Assembly: GCA_023261845.1 (NCBI GenBank)
Contig: JALNJZ010000005.1
Span: 39,237 to 103,236, forward strand
Direction: 5' to 3'
Source: Candidatus Terraquivivens tengchongensis
GTDB taxonomy: Archaea; Thermoproteota; Nitrososphaeria_A; Caldarchaeales; Wolframiiraptoraceae
Length of the DNA: 64,000 bases
This document shows positions 9,690 through 19,834 of the stretch, one piece after another; within the stretch, counting starts at the first letter, position 1, and the number at the start of each line of letters is the position of its first letter. The notes beneath the pieces are model-generated. The model was not told where the DNA came from. It saw only the letters and a program-made list of their open reading frames with translations, and did not search any database. Both the position numbers and the translations under genes were made by a program.

Positions 9690-10753
9690 TGTGTATAGGG
9701 ATGGAACGGTGCTTTAGATAGTCGTACGGCACCATCCTTCTTAATTAGCAAAGTATCTTCGAGCCTTATGCCATACTGTTTTGGGATGTACACACCAGGC
9801 TCACATGTCACAACCATGTTTTCAGCAAACAGATCTTTGCTATTGGGCGATATTTTTGGCGGCTCATGAACGCTTAACCCTATGCCGTGTCCCAAGCTAT
9901 GAACGAAGTACTCAATGAGTCCAGCATTTTCTATAAACTGTCTCGCAACCCTATCGACGAAGGAAGTAGAGACCCATGCCATCATATGTTCCTCGGCTAA
10001 ATTTTTGGCCTCCTCGACCACTTTGTAAACCTTCTCGATTTTATCCTCCACTTTATCTCCTACAAAAAATGTTCTTGTTACATCTGCTGAATACTCGTTT
10101 ACCGATGCACCCAAATCTATTACGACAACGTCACCGGCTTGAAGTTGTCTATTGCCTGGACCACCGTGGGGCAAAGATGACTTCGCACCGGATGCCACTA
10201 TTATATCAAACGCGACCCTATCTGCACCACATCTCAACAACTCTTCGGTTAACTCTGCCTTTACATCTTGCTCAGTAACGCCAGGCGATAGTAGGTCCAG
10301 GGCAACCTCCATACCCACATCAGATATTGCCGCTGCTTTCATTATATTCTCCAACTCATTTTCGTCTTTTATTGACCTCAACTTCCAAACGAGTTCGGAC
10401 GATGGTATTAAATGTAGAAACCTCAATTTTGATGACATTTTCCAGAAAGATTCAGCATCCATATAGTCGAACCCAATATCTCCAACAAGCTTACCCAACT
10501 CTTCTGCGAGCTCGTCTTTGAACATATCATGGGTCTTTGTTTTAATTATATCAATACCCTGTATAGCCTGCTGAACGGCTGACTCGTAGTAAAGGGGCAA
10601 TGTATAAAGCTTGACTGTGCCGTCGGACATTATTACAGCCGCGCCCTCACCCTTAAAACCTGTGAAGTAGTAAAGATTTTCAGGTAACGTCAGCAAATAT
10701 GCGCTAAAAGCCCTCTCCTCCATTAGTTCTAGGAGGCGTTTTATCCTCTCCAT
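9686..10753 (-). CDS. Xaa-Pro aminopeptidase/prolidase (M24)
   Basis: IDLGA..YSADVTRT, HSLGHGIGLSVHE, TCEPG, RLED. Confidence 0.92.
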   Translation of the reverse strand: MERIKRLLELMEERAFSAYLLTLPENLYYFTGFKGEGAAVIMSDGTVKLYTLPLYYESAVQQAIQGIDIIKTKTHDMFKDELAEELGKLVGDIGFDYMDAESFWKMSSKLRFLHLIPSSELVWKLRSIKDENELENIMKAAAISDVGMEVALDLLSPGVTEQDVKAELTEELLRCGADRVAFDIIVASGAKSSLPHGGPGNRQLQAGDVVVIDLGASVNEYSADVTRTFFVGDKVEDKIEKVYKVVEEAKNLAEEHMMAWVSTSFVDRVARQFIENAGLIEYFVHSLGHGIGLSVHEPPKISPNSKDLFAENMVVTCEPGVYIPKQYGIRLEDTLLIKKDGAVRLSKAPFHPYTH

Positions 10754-10960
10754 TTATACATCAGCTACCTTTAACCTAGGCGGAAAAAGGCAAAGCGGGT
10801 AATATAACCTTTAAAAACGTTCATAATCTACCTAGGGCGGCATATTATTTCAGTAAGACGTGATTGTTAGTGTTGTTGATATTCGTGCCACATTTCTAGC
10901 AGTATAAACAAATATTACACGTCTAATAAAAAGGGTTAAAGAAGCTGCAGGGCGTGCGGG

Positions 10961-13900
10961 ATGGTTTACATTAAAAAGCTATCGCTACATGCTTTCAAGT
11001 CTTTTGGTCAAAAAAAGGCTACGGTCGAGTTGCTCAAGGGCCTGGTCGTAATCACGGGTCCGAATGGTGGCGGCAAGTCTAACTTGCTTGATGCGATCAG
11101 GTTCGTAACGGGTGAACTGAGCCCGCATGCTTTAAGGGTAGGCAGGCTCTCTGAACTAGTTCATGAAGGCGGTAAAGGAAAAGCAGCATATGCCAGGGTA
11201 TCTATAACTTTGGATAACTCAGAAAAAGCATTACCGATAGAAACGGACGAGGTCACGATTACTAGGAAGATCTACCAGAATGGTGAAAGCGAATATTACA
11301 TAAACGGAAGGTCAGCATCAAGAGGAGAATTGCTCACGTTGCTCTCGGCCGCTAACATAAGACCTTCGGGCTTCAATATACTGCCCCAAGGCGCGATATT
11401 GAGCCTAGCTGAAATGAATCCCGATGATATGCGTAAGTTGATAGAAGAAGTTGCAGGAATAGCGGAGTACAATAGGAAGAAGGCTGAGGCCGAAGAACAG
11501 CTTGCGCAAGCCGATAAGAACTTGGAGGTTGCTAAGGCCAGTACAGCTGAGGTTAGAACAAGGGTTAAGCAGCTCGAGAAAGAAAGGAACCAGTATCTTA
11601 GGAAGAAGGCTGTAGAGGCAGAAATTGCCAAGCTCAAAACGCTTCAGTATAAATTGGAGATGGAAAAAATCTCCGAATCTCTTAAAGTGCTACAATCAAA
11701 GATCGTCAACATAACCGAGCAGGTTCATGCACTAGAGGTTGAAAAACAAGAAGTATCCGCGAAGCTTGCAGAGCTCAAGTCTAACCTACAGACGACAGAA
11801 AGTGAAATATCTGAAATAGAGCGAAGATTGGCAGAGTTCACAAAAGCACGACAGGAAACGTTTGAGAAGATCGTTAAGCTGAGGCTCGACATAAGGGATT
11901 CTGAAAATCGCATAGGGATTTTGGAGAAGGAGTCTGCGCATCTACAGCAAAAGATTGCCGAACTTGAGTCAGCGATATCGCTTTCTGAACAAGAGCTTAA
12001 CGATCTTGAGTTAAAGATTGCTGAATGTTCAAAGGACAAGAAACAGTTAGAGGAGGAGGCTGCAAAAATGTCTGAAGAAGTGGATAGACTGAGGAGTGCT
12101 GTCAAGGAGCTTGAGAAGAAGCTAGAAGAGGTCAAGTTCTCAAAAATCAAGGAGGAAAGGACACGGTCTGAGGCATACTTAAGGCTTGAAAACATCAAGA
12201 ACAGTAAAGAGCAACTAATGAGAGAAAAGGAGGACATACATAGAGAGGTATTAGCGATCAAGAATAAAATTGCTGACATTGATGAAAAGCTTGAAAAGTT
12301 GTTTTCTGAGGTGCGCATAACAGAAGACGAGATATTAAAGCTTAATCAAGAGTTAAGTGAATGTGCATCCTTAGTTGGACGCTATTCTGAGATATTAGCG
12401 CGTGCGGATGATGTCATCAATAAGACTGAGGCACTTATAGCAGAGCTAAAGATAAGATTGGCGGCTCAACCTGAAGATGAAGAGTTGAAAAAGTTTGAAG
12501 ATTTTGCTAGGTTGCTGGCCGAAAGATTCGTGGACGGTGTTGTAGGGACGTTGGATAGTTTCATCAAATCCTTGCCAGATAGCGAAAAGCTTGACGTAGT
12601 TCTTAATGAGTGGGCAAGTGCCATCGTGACAGACAATTATGCAGTGACCCGATCACTATCTGAAACGTTCGCATCCTTAGATTTTAAGTGCAAGTTATTG
12701 ACATTAAACGACAATCCAAGTGAAACGAACCGCGATAATTTAGAAAAATTTCAAGCATGGGTTAGGAATCATGTAGAATTCGTTAATGATTTCGAGGAGG
12801 CATACAAAAAAACGGTAAACGGCAAGCTAGTTATCCTAGATAAGGGCATAGTTTGTTATCCCGGCGGTTTCGTTAAAATTGTCGGTAATGAGAAGAGCAA
12901 GATAAACGCGTTACGTGTTGAGCTGGAGGATCTAGAATCCCATCTTGGGGCGGTAAAACTTAAGCTGAAGGAAATAAAGTTAAGGCGCGATGAGCTTGCA
13001 AAAAAGGCGGAATCAATTAAAAGCGAAATTCAAGGACAACAGACAAAACTTTCTTCTCTGAATGCGGACATTAAATCGCTCAATGCCGAACGCAAATTGC
13101 TGGAAGAGTCTCATTCACAATTGATGGTTAGGGAGAAGAAGATAGACGAACGGATAGATATTCTCACTAAAGAAGAAGAGAATGTCAAAAAGAGGTTATC
13201 TGAAATTGTTAGTACCGAGCCGGCTGGGGATGAGCTAAGACCAAATATAGAGAAAGATCTTGAGTTGACTTCATCAAAACTAAAATTCCTTGAATCGAAG
13301 TATACGGAGTTGAAGGTACAGTTAGCAGAAAAGTCTACGACTCTTAAAAGTCTGGAGGAATCAAAAAGGAGAATACTAAATTTAGTAGCCCGGTATAGGT
13401 CGGAGGTCGAATCGCTTAAACGTTCGTTGGAGGCCAGCAAACTAAGGGCGGAGGAGGAGAAAAAATTAAGAGCCGAGTTCGAATCTAAGCTAACTTTATC
13501 GGAAACAGAACTTAGTAAGCTGGACTATGAGATTGCGAACCTATCAGCAAGACATAAAGAGCTGATCAATATTAGGGACGAAATAAGACAAACAATATCC
13601 GCACAAAGTGAGGAAGAAAGCAAGATATCTGAAAGATTAAGGACGTTATGGTCAGAGCAACAAGAAGCTAAGCTTGAAAGCGTGAAGATAGAGTCCCAAC
13701 TTCAAATGATAATGGAAAAATTATCTGAGCTAGGCGATGTGGACGCATCTGAGTTGTCAACATTCGAGCCTACGCTTAGAGAGCAGATACTCACAATATT
13801 AGAGGCTGAAAGGGACGAGCTCTCCTTCGTGAACCAATTGGCTCCAGAGCAATACGAGGCTTTAATCGGAAACTACAAACTCAGGTCCGTCAGAATAAGC

Positions 13901-14422
13901 GAGTTGGAGTTGGAAAGGCAAGAGATAATCAACTTCATAAAGATGGTTGAAGGTGAGAAATTAAGAGCGTTCTTCACAACTATGGAAAAAGTTTCCGAAA
14001 AGTTTGCGACGTATTTTAACAGGCTTACTAAGGGTGTGGCCTGGCTTAGGCTTGTTGACGAGACAAAACCGGGCGAGTCGGGTGTTGAAGTTGTAGTACA
14101 GTTTCCTGGAAAACCCCAGCGCTCTTTGAGAAGCGTTAGCGGAGGCGAAAGGTCCGTTGCGGCTGTCTCGCTCCTGATGGCGCTACAAGGCCTCACACCT
14201 GCCGACTTTTACATCTTTGATGAGATAGACGCACATATGGACGTAGCCTACACGGTTGCGTTGGCTGAGTTGCTGAAAGAAATGTCGAAGAAGACGCAGA
14301 TAATAATCGTAAGCCTTAAAGACGTGTTGGCCGAAAAGGCCGATCAGCTCATCGGCGTTTATATGGACAAAGGCGAATCCAGAATAATTAAGACAAAGCT
14401 GGAGGGAGTCGAGGCTGGCTGA
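10961..14422 (+). CDS. smc: Chromosome segregation protein SMC
   Basis: GPNGGGKSN, two long coiled coils around a hinge, SGGERS, IFDEIDAHMD. Confidence 0.95.
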   Translation: MVYIKKLSLHAFKSFGQKKATVELLKGLVVITGPNGGGKSNLLDAIRFVTGELSPHALRVGRLSELVHEGGKGKAAYARVSITLDNSEKALPIETDEVTITRKIYQNGESEYYINGRSASRGELLTLLSAANIRPSGFNILPQGAILSLAEMNPDDMRKLIEEVAGIAEYNRKKAEAEEQLAQADKNLEVAKASTAEVRTRVKQLEKERNQYLRKKAVEAEIAKLKTLQYKLEMEKISESLKVLQSKIVNITEQVHALEVEKQEVSAKLAELKSNLQTTESEISEIERRLAEFTKARQETFEKIVKLRLDIRDSENRIGILEKESAHLQQKIAELESAISLSEQELNDLELKIAECSKDKKQLEEEAAKMSEEVDRLRSAVKELEKKLEEVKFSKIKEERTRSEAYLRLENIKNSKEQLMREKEDIHREVLAIKNKIADIDEKLEKLFSEVRITEDEILKLNQELSECASLVGRYSEILARADDVINKTEALIAELKIRLAAQPEDEELKKFEDFARLLAERFVDGVVGTLDSFIKSLPDSEKLDVVLNEWASAIVTDNYAVTRSLSETFASLDFKCKLLTLNDNPSETNRDNLEKFQAWVRNHVEFVNDFEEAYKKTVNGKLVILDKGIVCYPGGFVKIVGNEKSKINALRVELEDLESHLGAVKLKLKEIKLRRDELAKKAESIKSEIQGQQTKLSSLNADIKSLNAERKLLEESHSQLMVREKKIDERIDILTKEEENVKKRLSEIVSTEPAGDELRPNIEKDLELTSSKLKFLESKYTELKVQLAEKSTTLKSLEESKRRILNLVARYRSEVESLKRSLEASKLRAEEEKKLRAEFESKLTLSETELSKLDYEIANLSARHKELINIRDEIRQTISAQSEEESKISERLRTLWSEQQEAKLESVKIESQLQMIMEKLSELGDVDASELSTFEPTLREQILTILEAERDELSFVNQLAPEQYEALIGNYKLRSVRISELELERQEIINFIKMVEGEKLRAFFTTMEKVSEKFATYFNRLTKGVAWLRLVDETKPGESGVEVVVQFPGKPQRSLRSVSGGERSVAAVSLLMALQGLTPADFYIFDEIDAHMDVAYTVALAELLKEMSKKTQIIIVSLKDVLAEKADQLIGVYMDKGESRIIKTKLEGVEAG

Positions 14423-15065
14423 CGTAGAAGGTGAAAAGATTCAATGGATCAAGTCTCCATGGCGCGTATTATTTGACGTTACAAACTGGGATAAGTTAAG
14501 GGTTTGGGAGATTAATTTAAGAGAGTTGCTGAGCTCTTTAGCCAACGTACTAAAAGGAAAAGAATTATTTGATTTCGTTTCGTCGGGAATCGCCGTATAC
14601 TCCGCGGCAACATTGCATAGGATGAAGACGGAAAGGTTACTCGCCGCTGACGAAGTACCCGTCATAAAACAAAAGCAAGAATACTTCATACCGCCTCCTA
14701 TATTTCCACCGTTGAGAGGCGAGTTCGTGACGACCACCATACTCGAGTTAATTGATGCTCTAAAGCGCGTCCTGTCTGAGCCACCACCACAACGGAAGCA
14801 AGAAATCATTGAACCGCAGCAGTTGAACATTGAAGATTTCATAATAAAAATCGAGGAGAAGGTGGAGGAGTTCTACAATTTTATAAAAGAAGTGTTAGAG
14901 GTCAAGGGAACTATAACGCTAGACGAGATCATGAGCGGTGTTGATAGGTTAGAGGCAGTAAGACGTTTTATACTACTCCTGTTTATTGCGTCGAAGGGCA
15001 TGATCATGATAACCGAAAATGAGGATGGAAAAGTCTTGATATCTTTGGGTGAGGTACATGGATGA
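14415..15065 (+). CDS. scpA: Kleisin ScpA; probable CTG start at 14415 (track start TTG 14526)
   Basis: Between smc and scpB. N-terminal VWEINLRELL (ScpA PWxIxL-like) upstream of 14526, SAATLHRMKT, C-terminal FILLLFIA winged helix. Confidence 0.85.
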   Translation: MADVEGEKIQWIKSPWRVLFDVTNWDKLRVWEINLRELLSSLANVLKGKELFDFVSSGIAVYSAATLHRMKTERLLAADEVPVIKQKQEYFIPPPIFPPLRGEFVTTTILELIDALKRVLSEPPPQRKQEIIEPQQLNIEDFIIKIEEKVEEFYNFIKEVLEVKGTITLDEIMSGVDRLEAVRRFILLLFIASKGMIMITENEDGKVLISLGEVHG

Positions 15066-15594
15066 AAAAAGAAAGGCTTGGATGAAGGCGGTTATTGAGT
15101 CGCTGCTTTATGCGTCTGACAAACCTGTTGAGCTACAAAGACTCATGAATGCTGTAGGCACCACATCGAAAAGCACCATTAGGGAGATCATAAACGAGAT
15201 ATCTACTGAGTATGAAAACTCCAACCATCCATTTAGGATTAAAAAACTAGAGGGCGAGAGATATTTTTTGTGCCTAGCACCAGAGTATTCGGAGATGGTT
15301 AGGAAGCACGTAAAGAAACCGCTTTTGAGTACGGCTTTGCTCAAAACTTTGTCGTTCATTGCATATCATCAGCCAGTAAGCCAGGCGGTTCTGGCGGCAG
15401 CCAGAGGAAAAGAGGCGTATAAACACGTTAGACAGCTAATCGAGAAAGGACTGGTCGAGGCGGAAAAATCCGGCAGAACCCTCCTACTCAGGACTACCCA
15501 GCTGTTTGCGGACTATTTCAACATCAAGAACAACCCCCAGGAGATAAGAAAATACATAGAGGGGTTACTAGAAAAAAGCTCTGGTAAAAGTTAA
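15058..15594 (+). CDS. scpB: Segregation and condensation protein ScpB
   Basis: IESLLYAS, LKTLSFIAYHQPVSQ, TTQLFADYF; GGTGAGG SD before ATG 15058. Confidence 0.92.
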   Translation: MDEKRKAWMKAVIESLLYASDKPVELQRLMNAVGTTSKSTIREIINEISTEYENSNHPFRIKKLEGERYFLCLAPEYSEMVRKHVKKPLLSTALLKTLSFIAYHQPVSQAVLAAARGKEAYKHVRQLIEKGLVEAEKSGRTLLLRTTQLFADYFNIKNNPQEIRKYIEGLLEKSSGKS

Positions 15595-15621
15595 AAGCTC
15601 CTCCCGTTTAAAGGAATAGGC

Positions 15622-16014
15622 ATGGTACAGTGGCACACTGACATACATAAACGGAAACCGACCGGTGGCAAAAAAGTCCCATATAGGAAGAAGAGGAGGT
15701 ATGAACGCGGAGGAGAACCGACGTTAACCATAGTTGGCGATAGAAAGGTAAAGATCAAAGATACTTTTGGCGGAGGGATTAAAGTGGCTGTGGTTTCTGA
15801 CAAAATTGTAAACGTTTACAATCCAGTCACAAAAAAGGTCGAGAAGACAACAATAATACGTGTTAAATCCAATCCGTCCAATAAAGACTACGAGAGAAGG
15901 GGTGTGCTTACAAGGGGCGCTATTATTGAAACACCGCTCGGAGATGCGAAGGTTACATCAAGGCCTGGTAAGGACGGGGTTATAAATGCAGTTCTAATAG
16001 CCCCTGCTGGCTAA
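15622..16014 (+). CDS. rps8e: 30S ribosomal protein S8e
   Basis: KRKPTGGK, RKKRRYERG, TSRPGKDGVINAVL. Confidence 0.96.
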   Translation: MVQWHTDIHKRKPTGGKKVPYRKKRRYERGGEPTLTIVGDRKVKIKDTFGGGIKVAVVSDKIVNVYNPVTKKVEKTTIIRVKSNPSNKDYERRGVLTRGAIIETPLGDAKVTSRPGKDGVINAVLIAPAG

Positions 16015-16037
16015 CCTTGGCATAATGTACAAAAGCA

Positions 16038-16346
16038 GTGATGTTTAACATGATCAGGCGCGAGGGGTTCATCATATGGCCCGCATACTTTGATAGGGCA
16101 CTGAGTTGGAGGGAGGGAAGAAGGGTTCCGTTACGACTTTCGTCAAGGTCGCCCACAGTTGAAAGATTGAACAAGGCCGCTCAGAAGCTTGGATGGTATG
16201 TTAAAGTTGAGGTTGCCGCCCATCCTAAAACACATTGGAGAAAAACCGGAAGACTTATAGTCAAGCCGGATAAACCGTTAAGTAAACAGCACGTTATTAA
16301 GATCTTAGCACAGGAATTATTAAGACAAGAAACAAAGGAATTATAA
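16038..16346 (+). CDS. srp19: Signal recognition particle 19 kDa protein
   Basis: IIWPAYFD..LSWREGRRVP, HPK, GRLIV. Confidence 0.92.
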   Translation: MMFNMIRREGFIIWPAYFDRALSWREGRRVPLRLSSRSPTVERLNKAAQKLGWYVKVEVAAHPKTHWRKTGRLIVKPDKPLSKQHVIKILAQELLRQETKEL

Positions 16347-16380
16347 AATCTTAAATGTAACCGAATTCTAGATATTAGAC

Positions 16381-16620
16381 ATGTCTAAGCTTAAGCGTAG
16401 ACCCGTAATTTTAGGTATCCTTATTCACAGCATAAGTAACGAAACCATATTAAAAGGAAACGTTGTCCCAAAGCTAGGAGTCAAAGTTTACGATGAGGGA
16501 CTTAACCATGTTGGTTACGTCTCAAACGTTTTTGGGCCAGTCGGCTCACATTTTGTGGCCGTAAAGTTTACAACAGATAAGCAATATTTACAGGGTTCAA
16601 AATTTTACGTTATGGAGTGA
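16381..16620 (+). CDS. gar1: H/ACA RNP protein Gar1
   Basis: PKLG.KVYD....VG.V.NVFGPV; context S8e-SRP19-Gar1-TFB. Confidence 0.85.
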   Translation: MSKLKRRPVILGILIHSISNETILKGNVVPKLGVKVYDEGLNHVGYVSNVFGPVGSHFVAVKFTTDKQYLQGSKFYVME

Positions 16621-16626
16621 AACTTT

Positions 16627-17556
16627 TTGTCACGGATAGTGCATGACGAAACGGTAACAAGATGTCCTGAGTGTGGTAGCTCAAACCTGTTGTTCGATAA
16701 GATCAGTGGCGAAGTAGTTTGCGTGGATTGTGGTTTTGTTGTAGTTAACCTTACGGCTGACTTAGGGCCCGAGTGGAGGAGTTTTGACCAAGATAAGGAT
16801 GGAAAAAGAACACGAGTCGGTGCTCCGATAACCTTAGTGATGTATGACATGGGTCTTTCGACAAAGATAGGATGGAAAGATACGAAAGGCATGAATATTT
16901 CGGATTTACAAGCCGAAGTATTGTCTACCATCAAGCGATGCGATAAAATGACAATCATGAATGGCACCGTAAGAAGTTCGGTGCGAGGTCTCTCAGAGAT
17001 TGCAGCGATATGCCTGAAATTAGGTCTGCCTACAAACATTATGGAAACGGCGAGCCTCATATACAGAAAGGCAGTAAAGACGAGTGCGATGCGTGGCAGG
17101 TCCATAAGAAACACTGCAGCTGCTGCTGTTTACTTAGCTTGTAAACAGTGCGGCATCCCGAGGATGCTAAGCGAGATAGCCATGGCATTGAATTTGAATA
17201 AAAAAGAGATAACGAAATGCTATAGGTTTCTTATTAACAAATTAAACATGGCACCACCTTCACCAGATACCAAGTTATACGTTTCAAGATTTGTTAATAA
17301 CTTCAGGATAAGAGGTGATGTTGAGAGGCTGGCGATCGAGTTACTGGAACATGCAAGGATGTGCGGCCTAATAGATGGCAGAGGCCCCGTAGGTCTGGCG
17401 GCGGCTGCGACGTATTTGGCGGCAACCCTTATGGGTTACAGGTTAACTCAACGAGAGGTTGCAGAGGTTGCAAAGGTAACTGAAGTAACCATTAGGAACA
17501 GATATAAAGAATTGTTAGCGAACACTAAAATATATGTTGAAGTGGAGACTGAATAG
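16627..17556 (+). CDS. tfb: Transcription initiation factor TFB
   Basis: Zn ribbon CPEC...CVDC, GPEWRSF, RVGAP, two cyclin repeats, VTEVTIRNRYKEL. Confidence 0.95.
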   Translation: MSRIVHDETVTRCPECGSSNLLFDKISGEVVCVDCGFVVVNLTADLGPEWRSFDQDKDGKRTRVGAPITLVMYDMGLSTKIGWKDTKGMNISDLQAEVLSTIKRCDKMTIMNGTVRSSVRGLSEIAAICLKLGLPTNIMETASLIYRKAVKTSAMRGRSIRNTAAAAVYLACKQCGIPRMLSEIAMALNLNKKEITKCYRFLINKLNMAPPSPDTKLYVSRFVNNFRIRGDVERLAIELLEHARMCGLIDGRGPVGLAAAATYLAATLMGYRLTQREVAEVAKVTEVTIRNRYKELLANTKIYVEVETE

Positions 17557-17643
17557 TGTTTAAATATTGTCAACAAAAATATTTGTAAATAAGGTAATCT
17601 TAAAGATAAAACCTACGTTAAGAATATATGAAGTTACGGTGTA

Positions 17644-18018
17644 ATGAGCATGCAAATGAAGATGACGAAGCTTGAGGAGCGAGCGATAAAGCTTCTACTG
17701 AAGTATGAGGACAGAGGTATACTTCAATCCGAGCTCTGGCACAAGCTCGGCGTTACGAGCAGAGAAGGGTCTAGGATAGCGATAAAGTTGGAAAAGAAAG
17801 GAATAGTAAAGCGGGTTAAGGAGTTTGCGAACGACAGATGGACCAGAAGATTGGTCCCGCTGATAAAGCAGCTGAGCGTCGAGCCTATTAGAGGCGCTCC
17901 ATGCCCATCGTGTACACATGAGAATACGTGTGGTTTAGACAAGATGGTGACACCTTGCACGTGTGTGCTGTTAGAGGAATGGATATTGGGGCAGACTGAC
18001 ACATCTGGTCAGGTTTAA
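17644..18018 (+). CDS. TFE beta subunit / RPC34(RPC39) homolog (winged helix plus Fe-S cysteines)
   Basis: GILQSELW...SREGSRIA.KLEKKG winged helix, C-terminal PCPSC-x5-C...PCTC.LLEEW; directly after tfb. Confidence 0.85.
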   Translation: MSMQMKMTKLEERAIKLLLKYEDRGILQSELWHKLGVTSREGSRIAIKLEKKGIVKRVKEFANDRWTRRLVPLIKQLSVEPIRGAPCPSCTHENTCGLDKMVTPCTCVLLEEWILGQTDTSGQV

Positions 18019-18021
18019 TGT

Positions 18022-18621
18022 ATGCTTAGAAAGCACCCTTCTAAAGATTATTATACAACACTGGCAAGAAAGCTGGGACTCCTTTCAAGGGCTGCCTTTA
18101 AGCTTCAGTATATACAGAAGAGGTATGGCTTCCTAAAACCTGGCGACAAGGTAATAATCTTAGGCTCCGCACCTGGAGGGATGGCGCAACTGGCGGCCAG
18201 GTACGTTGGTCCACGAGGTCTTGTTGTCACCGTGGATGTAAAGCCCCAAGATTTTAAGATCGCGGATAACGTCGTAAGCATAATCGCGGACGTTTTTGAC
18301 CCTGAAGCGATGGGAAAGATAAGGGAAGCATTAAAGGGCGAGCTGGCCGATAAGCTGATATCAGATTTGGCACCCAACTTAACGGGTATTAGAGAGGTAG
18401 ATATGCCGAGGCAACTAGGGCTCGTAGAGGCTGCTCTAAGGATAGCAAAGGAGCTGGTCCGTAAGGGCGGCAGTCTGTATATAAAACTTTTTGAAAGCCC
18501 CGAGGTGAAAAGCATCGAGGATAGGTTGCGCCTTAGCTTTCAGAGGGTTAAACGAATTGTACCAACAGCCACGAGAAAACATAGTTCTGAGGTATTCCTG
18601 TTGGCGTTGGATAAGAAATAA
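18022..18621 (+). CDS. rlmE: 23S rRNA 2'-O-methyltransferase RlmE/FtsJ
   Basis: SRAAFKL, GSAPGG, SDLAPN, YIKLF, SSEVF (K-D-K-E tetrad). Confidence 0.9.
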   Translation: MLRKHPSKDYYTTLARKLGLLSRAAFKLQYIQKRYGFLKPGDKVIILGSAPGGMAQLAARYVGPRGLVVTVDVKPQDFKIADNVVSIIADVFDPEAMGKIREALKGELADKLISDLAPNLTGIREVDMPRQLGLVEAALRIAKELVRKGGSLYIKLFESPEVKSIEDRLRLSFQRVKRIVPTATRKHSSEVFLLALDKK

Positions 18622-18631
18622 AGCATGCTTG

Positions 18632-19834
18632 TTAAGCTTCTGAGGATGCTAGTTCAGAAAACACCTGCTCGACGGCTTCACGCGGGGCATCTGTTTTAAA
18701 GCCCTGCCCGTCAAAGTGTGTTAACGATGCGTTGAAACCAAGAAGGCGGAGCCTATCCACGATGCTAGCAGGTTTTGGTGCCCTTGACCTGAGCCTTTTG
18801 CCGATTTCATCAACCCTGTAATAGAAAGGTACTGTCTGGAGTTCTTCTGAAATCTTTTTTAGCAAAGTGTAAGCCTCCTTCATGTCGGCCTCGTACGCAA
18901 TTCCTAACGCCTTTAGGGCAAAGTCCTTTGAGGTTAGCTCTCCGAGCCATAAGGGGCCGAAAACCTGCGGTGTGGACTTGCAGAGCTCGCATAGCTTAAA
19001 GGGCTCGGTATAGCTCGACCATTGGACGTTGCCGCACGACCTGCACTCTGATATCCATCCAACGTTTTTGAATGATTCCTTAGCCAGCGTCTTGCTGTAT
19101 GTTAGTTTCACGAATGTCCTGATGTAGTGCCTCCTGTAGAACGTCAGAACTGGAGAGATGGCCATCCCAACCCTCGCTGCAGTCCGTGCCACGAAGCCCA
19201 CCAAGATCCTTACGGCAGTTTCCTTTGAGTATGGCGACGTGTAGGGCACGGCATCATACTTCCTAATGCACGAGAGAGGGTTCGTTCCGCAAAGAGGCGC
19301 TAAATCCGTCGCCGTAACACCGAGCAAACCACCGCTCTGGCACGAACGTATCGCATTCTCAAGGAAGGGTGCAGGCGAGCCTGCAGGATCTACGTCCACG
19401 TAGTCAAACCTGAGGCCACCGGAGGAGTGCGCCGCAAGCAGCGCATTCGCATCGATGTTATAAACTTCGGTTATGTTGACCAAGCCGGCCGTTTCTACAT
19501 TCTTTCTTATCAGAGAATAAGCAAACTTGTTTATGTCGTTCAAAACCAGCTTTGATACGATTCCTGTCTCGACCGCGATCCTTATGCCTCTGACGCCGCA
19601 ACCAGCTAAGGGTTCGCAGACCTTTATGCCCTTTCTCTCAAAATACGCCTTGACTGCCAGAACCGCCATGTCGCGTGATAGCTTAGAGTATGGGTTAAAG
19701 AAGACGGGTATGCCGCTCGGTGAAACGGCTTTCTCCCAACCTTCCGGAAGGGCTGGAGCTAGGAACCTAACCTTCCCTTCCTCGTAAATCATTGTCGGAA
19801 ATTCCAAGGTTTTCTCGTCCAACTTATGCGCCAC
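18632..19834 (-). CDS. trm1: tRNA (guanine26-N2)-dimethyltransferase
   Basis: VFFNP...SRD, GVRGIR, VDVDPAGSP, VTATD, GPLWLG, THF. Confidence 0.93.
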   Translation of the reverse strand: MAHKLDEKTLEFPTMIYEEGKVRFLAPALPEGWEKAVSPSGIPVFFNPYSKLSRDMAVLAVKAYFERKGIKVCEPLAGCGVRGIRIAVETGIVSKLVLNDINKFAYSLIRKNVETAGLVNITEVYNIDANALLAAHSSGGLRFDYVDVDPAGSPAPFLENAIRSCQSGGLLGVTATDLAPLCGTNPLSCIRKYDAVPYTSPYSKETAVRILVGFVARTAARVGMAISPVLTFYRRHYIRTFVKLTYSKTLAKESFKNVGWISECRSCGNVQWSSYTEPFKLCELCKSTPQVFGPLWLGELTSKDFALKALGIAYEADMKEAYTLLKKISEELQTVPFYYRVDEIGKRLRSRAPKPASIVDRLRLLGFNASLTHFDGQGFKTDAPREAVEQVFSELASSEA

